From IMG/VR virus record IMGVR_UViG_3300014913_000014, positions 1 to 59,724 of that record: a stretch of DNA of 59,724 nucleotides; one strand, given 5' to 3'. The stretch is from a virus (lineage: Duplodnaviria > Caudoviricetes). This document shows, one piece after another, positions 56,498-59,724 of the stretch. The position numbers and the translations under genes were made by a program. The number at the start of each line of letters is the position of its first letter. Positions within the stretch are counted from its first letter, which is position 1. A model generated the notes under the pieces. That model was not told the origin of the DNA. It saw only the letters and a program-made list of their open reading frames with translations, and ran no database searches.

Positions 56498-56674
56498 ATG
56501 TCAATACCAACATTGACTCTTTTATCTACAATTTTAGCCATCGTTGATGATGAACAAGAAGAAATAGATCATGTCTATTATTATGATGATAAAGACGGCC
56601 CAATCAGCGAATCGGATAAAATGGATGAAGAGCTAGAAGATATCGAATATCGAACAAAATTTGATAGGAGGTAG
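56498..56674 (+). CDS. 58-aa very acidic protein with hydrophobic N-terminus (below ORF-track cutoff)
   Basis: SD AGGAGGT; MSIPTLTLLSTILAIVDDEQEEIDHVYYYDDKDGPISESDKMDEELEDIEYRTKFDRR. Confidence 0.65.
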   Translation: MSIPTLTLLSTILAIVDDEQEEIDHVYYYDDKDGPISESDKMDEELEDIEYRTKFDRR

Positions 56675-56736
56675 GTTATGCGGTAAACCGTCGGGTTGTG
56701 GCCCCGATAAAGAGGGTTCGAATCCCTTCCTCCTGA
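56665..56736 (+). tRNA. tRNA-His(GTG), lacking encoded G-1 and C73
   Basis: Cloverleaf; loop TTGTGGC. Confidence 0.88.
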
Positions 56737-56740
56737 CCTT

Positions 56741-56816
56741 GGTCTTGTGGTGTAGTTTGGTCTAACATGCTTCCCTGTCAAGGAAGAGATCGAGGGTTCA
56801 AATCCCTTCAAGACCG
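56741..56816 (+). tRNA. tRNA-Asp(GTC)
   Basis: Cloverleaf; loop CTGTCAA. Confidence 0.93.
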
Positions 56817-56821
56817 CCTTT

Positions 56822-56903
56822 GCCGATATGGTGAAATTGGTAGACACAGTTGCCTCAAGAGCAATCGCCGAAAGGCATGTAGGTTCGAATCCTACTATCG
56901 GCA
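56822..56903 (+). tRNA. tRNA-Leu(CAA)
   Basis: Class II cloverleaf; loop CTCAAGA. Confidence 0.93.
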
Positions 56904-56908
56904 CTTAT

Positions 56909-56994
56909 GGAGACATGGCCGAACAGGATAAGGCGCTAGTCTTGAAAACTAGTGAGGCCGTCAGGCTGTGCAGGTTCGAGTCCTGCTGTCTCCG
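56909..56994 (+). tRNA. tRNA-Ser(TGA)
   Basis: Class II cloverleaf; loop CTTGAAA. Confidence 0.92.
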
Positions 56995-57134
56995 CCTATG
57001 GTGATACCTTTTATTGGCTTTGATTTATTATTGCATGCGCCCTTTGGATATGACCGTATACCATTTGCAGGGCATGTATGGGGGATTTGTTTCCATCCTC
57101 CACTTGATTTTCATGTACTTATATGGATAAGTTA

Positions 57135-57206
57135 GGTCAGAAACCCAATCGGCTAGGGAAGCGTCTGCAAAACGTTTTTTGGTGGGTTCGATTCCCACTC
57201 TGACCT
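57135..57206 (+). tRNA. tRNA-Cys(GCA)
   Basis: Cloverleaf; loop CTGCAAA; U73; A at position 8. Confidence 0.88.
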
Positions 57207-57209
57207 CCT

Positions 57210-57504
57210 TGTGACGGCTTGAGCCCACGCTGTACAATTGTGCAGAGGAAACTCAGGACTACTCCGCTTAAGGTGGGAGGACTATCAGTAGGCAGGGGCC
57301 ACGGTGAACATAAGAAACCACCCCCGAAATTTAGTCCGATTTACCACCGAGGTAGCAATCCTAAATTGCCTAGTGGGTGAGCGGCACTATGATGGCGTGG
57401 TTGGAGCAGTAACTCATAAAGAGTTACCACCGCAAGGTGAGATAGATGTGGGCAGGTTTCTAACATTAGAAATCTAACAGAATTCTGGTTACGGAGCCGT
57501 CACA
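57210..57504 (+). ncRNA. rnpB: RNase P RNA (divergent)
   Basis: P1 TGTGACGGCT/AGCCGTCACA; P2 GCCCAC/GTGGGC; P3 CTGTAC/GTGCAG; CR-I GAGGAAACTCAGGA pairs with CR-V ACAGAATTCTGGTTA (P4 with bulged U); CR-IV AGATAGATG; P19-like hairpin. Confidence 0.85.
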
Positions 57505-57713
57505 TGCATAAACTTAATTATCGTAAGACGTGGAAAGAATTTGGCAAGAGAATCCGAATAATTAATGGTTATCCCGCTTGTAGATGGCCCAGAAGAGGTT
57601 GTGGTCGATATTGGAAACGGCAATTGAGCAAGGCTCGTCGCAGAGCGTGGAAAGACCCACATCAAAGAGGTCTTCTACGTTGGGAACGTGAATGCAATTG
57701 GAAAAATTGGTGA
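57504..57713 (+). CDS. 69-aa highly basic Arg/Lys/Trp-rich protein
   Basis: ATG abuts the RNase P RNA 3' end; GGAG in the P1 strand is positioned as an SD. Confidence 0.5.
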   Translation: MHKLNYRKTWKEFGKRIRIINGYPACRWPRRGCGRYWKRQLSKARRRAWKDPHQRGLLRWERECNWKNW

Positions 57714-57717
57714 AAAG

Positions 57718-57948
57718 ATGACAGATATATCACTTACTGGCGGAGTCAAATTAGTAGAAAAGGCTCCAGAAAATTTAGAAATTGGAGAGGGTACATTTCC
57801 AGCCCATGGTGGAAAATTTAGAGGAGTAAGTGTCGGAAGAAACGACTATGGTTACTTCGTCTTTACTCATAGAACTAATTCCAAAGAGTACAACTCTCCA
57901 GCAGATATACCTGACGAAACTATTACATTTGTCAGAAGTACAGGATAA
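57718..57948 (+). CDS. Hypothetical protein (76 aa)
   Basis: Open ORF in the tRNA array; ATG at 57718. Confidence 0.65.
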   Translation: MTDISLTGGVKLVEKAPENLEIGEGTFPAHGGKFRGVSVGRNDYGYFVFTHRTNSKEYNSPADIPDETITFVRSTG

Positions 57949-57964
57949 TAAATTATAGCATTGT

Positions 57965-58055
57965 GGAATGTTGGCTGAGTGGCTGAAAGCGCCTCCCTGC
58001 TAAGGAGGTAGACGGTAGTACTGTCTCGAAGGTTCGAATCCTTCACATTCCGCCA
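57965..58055 (+). tRNA. tRNA-Ser(GCT), CCA encoded
   Basis: Class II cloverleaf; loop CTGCTAA. Confidence 0.93.
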
Positions 58056-58133
58056 GCCGATGTAGCTTTAATTGGATAGAGCGACCGCCTTGTAAGCGGA
58101 GGGTTGTGGGTTCGAGTCCCACCTTCGGCTCCA
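58056..58133 (+). tRNA. tRNA-Thr(TGT), CCA encoded
   Basis: Cloverleaf; loop CTTGTAA. Confidence 0.92.
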
Positions 58134-58141
58134 AAAAGTAC

Positions 58142-58189
58142 TTGACAAATCATAGATTTTCTGCTATAATATGACAGCACATTAACAAT
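58142..58189 (+). promoter_or_regulatory. Consensus promoter (58142-58170) plus boxA-like GCACATTAACAAT (58177-58189) for tRNA array part 2
   Basis: TTGACA-17-TATAAT. Confidence 0.8.
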
Positions 58190-58201
58190 AGAGGGCTTTT
58201 A

Positions 58202-58273
58202 GCACCTGTAGGCTAATGGATAAACCGCTTGGCTACGGACCAAGAGTTGGAGGTTCGAATCCTCTTAGGTGCT
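58202..58273 (+). tRNA. tRNA-Arg(ACG)
   Basis: Cloverleaf; loop CTACGGA. Confidence 0.92.
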
Positions 58274-58278
58274 CCTTT

Positions 58279-58366
58279 GGACGTATGGCTGAGTCTGGTT
58301 GAAAGCACCGGTCTGTAGAACCGGCGAGGTTTGTCCTCCACGGTGGTTCAAATCCATCTGCGTCCA
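58279..58366 (+). tRNA. tRNA-Tyr(GTA)
   Basis: Class II cloverleaf; loop CTGTAGA. Confidence 0.9.
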
Positions 58367-58370
58367 CAAT

Positions 58371-58453
58371 GCCGGTGTGGTGAAACTTGGTAGCCACGCA
58401 CGCCTTAGAAGCGTGTGCCTTCGGGCGTAGAGGTTCGAATCCTCTCATCGGCA
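58371..58453 (+). tRNA. tRNA-Leu(TAG)
   Basis: Class II cloverleaf; loop CTTAGAA. Confidence 0.93.
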
Positions 58454-58456
58454 CTT

Positions 58457-58532
58457 GGGGCTGGATATAGCGATTACATAGCAAACAACTATACTTTGTT
58501 TATACGTTTTATATCGCTATAGTTTTTGCCTC
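58457..58532 (+). ncRNA. Stem-bulge-loop small RNA, copy 1 of 3 (unknown family)
   Basis: GGGGC-TGGA-TATAGCGAT-TACATAGC-var-ATCGCTATA-GTTTTT-GCCTC. Confidence 0.75.
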
Positions 58533-58540
58533 TTTGATTT

Positions 58541-58613
58541 GTGCCTGTAGCTCAGTCGGTAGAGCATCTGTCTGAAGAACAGAGGGTCATGGGTTCAACT
58601 CCCATTGGGCACA
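58541..58613 (+). tRNA. tRNA-Phe(GAA)
   Basis: Cloverleaf; loop CTGAAGA. Confidence 0.93.
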
Positions 58614-58616
58614 CTG

Positions 58617-58684
58617 AGGGCTGGATGTGATGATTACATAGCCAAAGGTTATCACACAATCTATATCATTGCAGCTTTTGCCCT
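58617..58684 (+). ncRNA. Stem-bulge-loop small RNA, copy 2 of 3
   Basis: AGGGC-TGGA-TGTGATGAT-TACATAGC-var-ATCATTGCA-GCTTTT-GCCCT. Confidence 0.75.
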
Positions 58685-58692
58685 GATATATT

Positions 58693-58765
58693 GGGGCTAT
58701 GATAGTAATGGGGAACTATCCTCGTTTGCACCGAGGCATTCTGGGTTCGAATCCCAGTAGCTCCA
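58693..58765 (+). tRNA. tRNA-Ala(TGC)
   Basis: Cloverleaf; G3:U70; loop TTTGCAC. Confidence 0.9.
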
Positions 58766-58768
58766 CAA

Positions 58769-58892
58769 GGACCAGCCGTAATTTATAGGATTATGGGCTG
58801 GGACCTGCCGTGGTTTTGACGATTGTACCATAAACAAGCGTCCTCTGGTCCCCTTAACGGGAACTCGAACCCGCATGGCAGTTTCTGGTCCA
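58769..58892 (+). ncRNA. Putative structured RNA (unknown family)
   Basis: Closing 7-bp GGACCAG/CTGGTCC plus A; CTGCCGTG/CATGGCAG; CCGTAATTT/GGATTATGG; GACG-TTGT/ACAA-CGTC. Confidence 0.55.
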
Positions 58893-58921
58893 TGCCTGCC
58901 TTATCAAAAATGGGCCACATT

Positions 58922-58994
58922 CGGGGTGTGGTCGAGTGGTTAAGGCGCGCGGTTTGGGGCCGCGAAATCGCTGGTTCGAATCCAGCCATCCCGA
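58922..58994 (+). tRNA. tRNA-Pro(TGG)
   Basis: Cloverleaf; loop TTTGGGG. Confidence 0.93.
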
Positions 58995-59011
58995 CCTTGA
59001 TTTCTAATTAA

Positions 59012-59023
59012 GCCCTTTAACAT
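59012..59023 (+). promoter_or_regulatory. boxA-like element GCCCTTTAACAT
   Basis: One mismatch to E. coli rrn boxA GCTCTTTAACA. Confidence 0.5.
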
Positions 59024-59029
59024 TTATAT

Positions 59030-59102
59030 AGCGGGGTGGACAAGTGGTTAAGTCGCTCGCCTCATAAGCAAGAGATCGAGGGTTCGAATCCCTCCCCCGC
59101 CA
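59030..59102 (+). tRNA. tRNA-Met(CAT), initiator-like
   Basis: A1-C72 mismatch, GCGGGG/CCCCGC acceptor, A11:U24; loop CTCATAA. Confidence 0.85.
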
Positions 59103-59107
59103 CCTTT

Positions 59108-59190
59108 GCCGGTGTGGTGAAATATGGTAGACACGCCTGACTTAAGATCAGGTTCCTTCGGGAGTGCAGGTTCGACTCCTGCCATCGGCA
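59108..59190 (+). tRNA. tRNA-Leu(TAA)
   Basis: Class II cloverleaf; loop CTTAAGA. Confidence 0.93.
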
Positions 59191-59193
59191 CTT

Positions 59194-59279
59194 GGGGTTG
59201 GATGCCTTGATTACATAGCTTTGAAAAGTTTAATGAAACTTTTATCCATTTATCCATTTATCATGGCAGCTTTTACCTC
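59194..59279 (+). ncRNA. Stem-bulge-loop small RNA, copy 3 of 3
   Basis: GGGGT-TGGA-TGCCTTGAT-TACATAGC-var-ATCATGGCA-GCTTTT-ACCTC. Confidence 0.75.
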
Positions 59280-59283
59280 ATTT

Positions 59284-59357
59284 GCTTCTGTAGTTCAGTG
59301 GAATAGAACAACGGTCTTCTAAACCGGAGGTCGCAGGTTCAAATCCTGCCAGAAGCG
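59284..59357 (+). tRNA. tRNA-Arg(TCT)
   Basis: Cloverleaf; loop CTTCTAA. Confidence 0.92.
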
Positions 59358-59371
59358 CCTAGGAGGGAACT

Positions 59372-59722
59372 GTGTACAAAGTAGCAATAGTAGGTAGTAG
59401 ACGTTTTAATGACTACAACTTTATGCGGCGTGTACTAGACCCCCATGTTAACGATATCTCAATGATTATCTCTGGAGGAGCAAAAGGTGCAGATACACTG
59501 GCACAAAGATATGCAAGAGATAATGGAATACCAATATATATTATATATCCTGACTATAGAAAATATGGAAAAGTGGCACCGTTTCGTAGAAATGTAATAA
59601 TTGCAAATCTTGCAGAGAAAATGATAGCATTTGCTTATTCAGATAGTCGGGGAACAAGGCATGCTGTCAACAAAATGAAGCAACTTAACAAACCAGTAGT
59701 AGTAATAGAATTGGACCAGTAG
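59372..59722 (+). CDS. SLOG-superfamily protein (DUF2493/YspA-like)
   Basis: IVGSR, IISGGAKGADTLA, GKVAPFRRN and SRGT. Confidence 0.85.
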   Translation: MYKVAIVGSRRFNDYNFMRRVLDPHVNDISMIISGGAKGADTLAQRYARDNGIPIYIIYPDYRKYGKVAPFRRNVIIANLAEKMIAFAYSDSRGTRHAVNKMKQLNKPVVVIELDQ

Positions 59723-59724
59723 CT

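Noticed and set aside
56998-57134. Short ORF or hairpins between tRNA-Ser and tRNA-Cys
   Set aside because: No RBS and only modest pairing; cannot be supported as either coding or structured.
56235-59257. ORF-track entries overlapping tRNA genes (e.g. 56235+, 56581-, 57028-, 58233-, 58783-, 59048-)
   Set aside because: Shadow translations of tRNA/ncRNA sequence (GFEP/GSNP-type peptides) without RBS.
58457-59279. Three-copy RNAs as tmRNA, canonical Y RNA or simple terminators
   Set aside because: GGGGCTG resembles a tmRNA 5' end but there is no T arm, CCA end or tag ORF. The Ro60 bulged-helix motif (GGUCCGA/UUGAC) is absent. The U-run lies inside the structure and the loops are too large and conserved for terminators.
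1-59724. Stop-codon recoding or suppressor tRNAs
   Set aside because: Genes are intact in code 11, TAG and TGA act as stops, and no CUA or UCA anticodon tRNA was seen.

Overview
This window is part of a large tailed dsDNA phage genome with siphovirus-type organisation, read in standard code 11. The host may be Chloroflexota/Anaerolineae, but that is a weak inference. From left to right: (i) 1-1320, a compositionally distinct block with 19-bp tandem repeats, a 16-bp palindrome and a two-gene transcription unit enclosed by a perfect 15-bp inverted repeat; (ii) 1329-2873 (-), small genes including cytidine deaminase; (iii) 3019-30051 (-), lysis, tail fibres, baseplate, tape measure, frameshifting tail chaperones, tail tube, head-tail joining (with an inserted GT4 glycosyltransferase), capsid, portal and terminase; (iv) 30051-36274 (-), a nine-gene glycan synthesis/modification cassette, followed by a second set of virion-like proteins, a minimal SPOUT methyltransferase and a DNA methyltransferase; (v) 45092-55925 (+), replication and recombination (PolA, RecA, SSB, DnaB, resolvase, exonucleases, dNMP kinase); (vi) 55997-59357 (+), an array of 20 tRNA genes. 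The array also holds an RNase P RNA, boxA-like elements, two unique structured RNAs, and three homologous covarying stem-bulge-loop RNAs with a constant scaffold and variable loop, which are the best candidate for an undescribed system. Other leads are an anticodon-less tRNA mimic between ssb and dnaB, and Ser-Gly enrichment in virion proteins next to the glycan cassette. All structures and counts were made by eye; no database searches were run.
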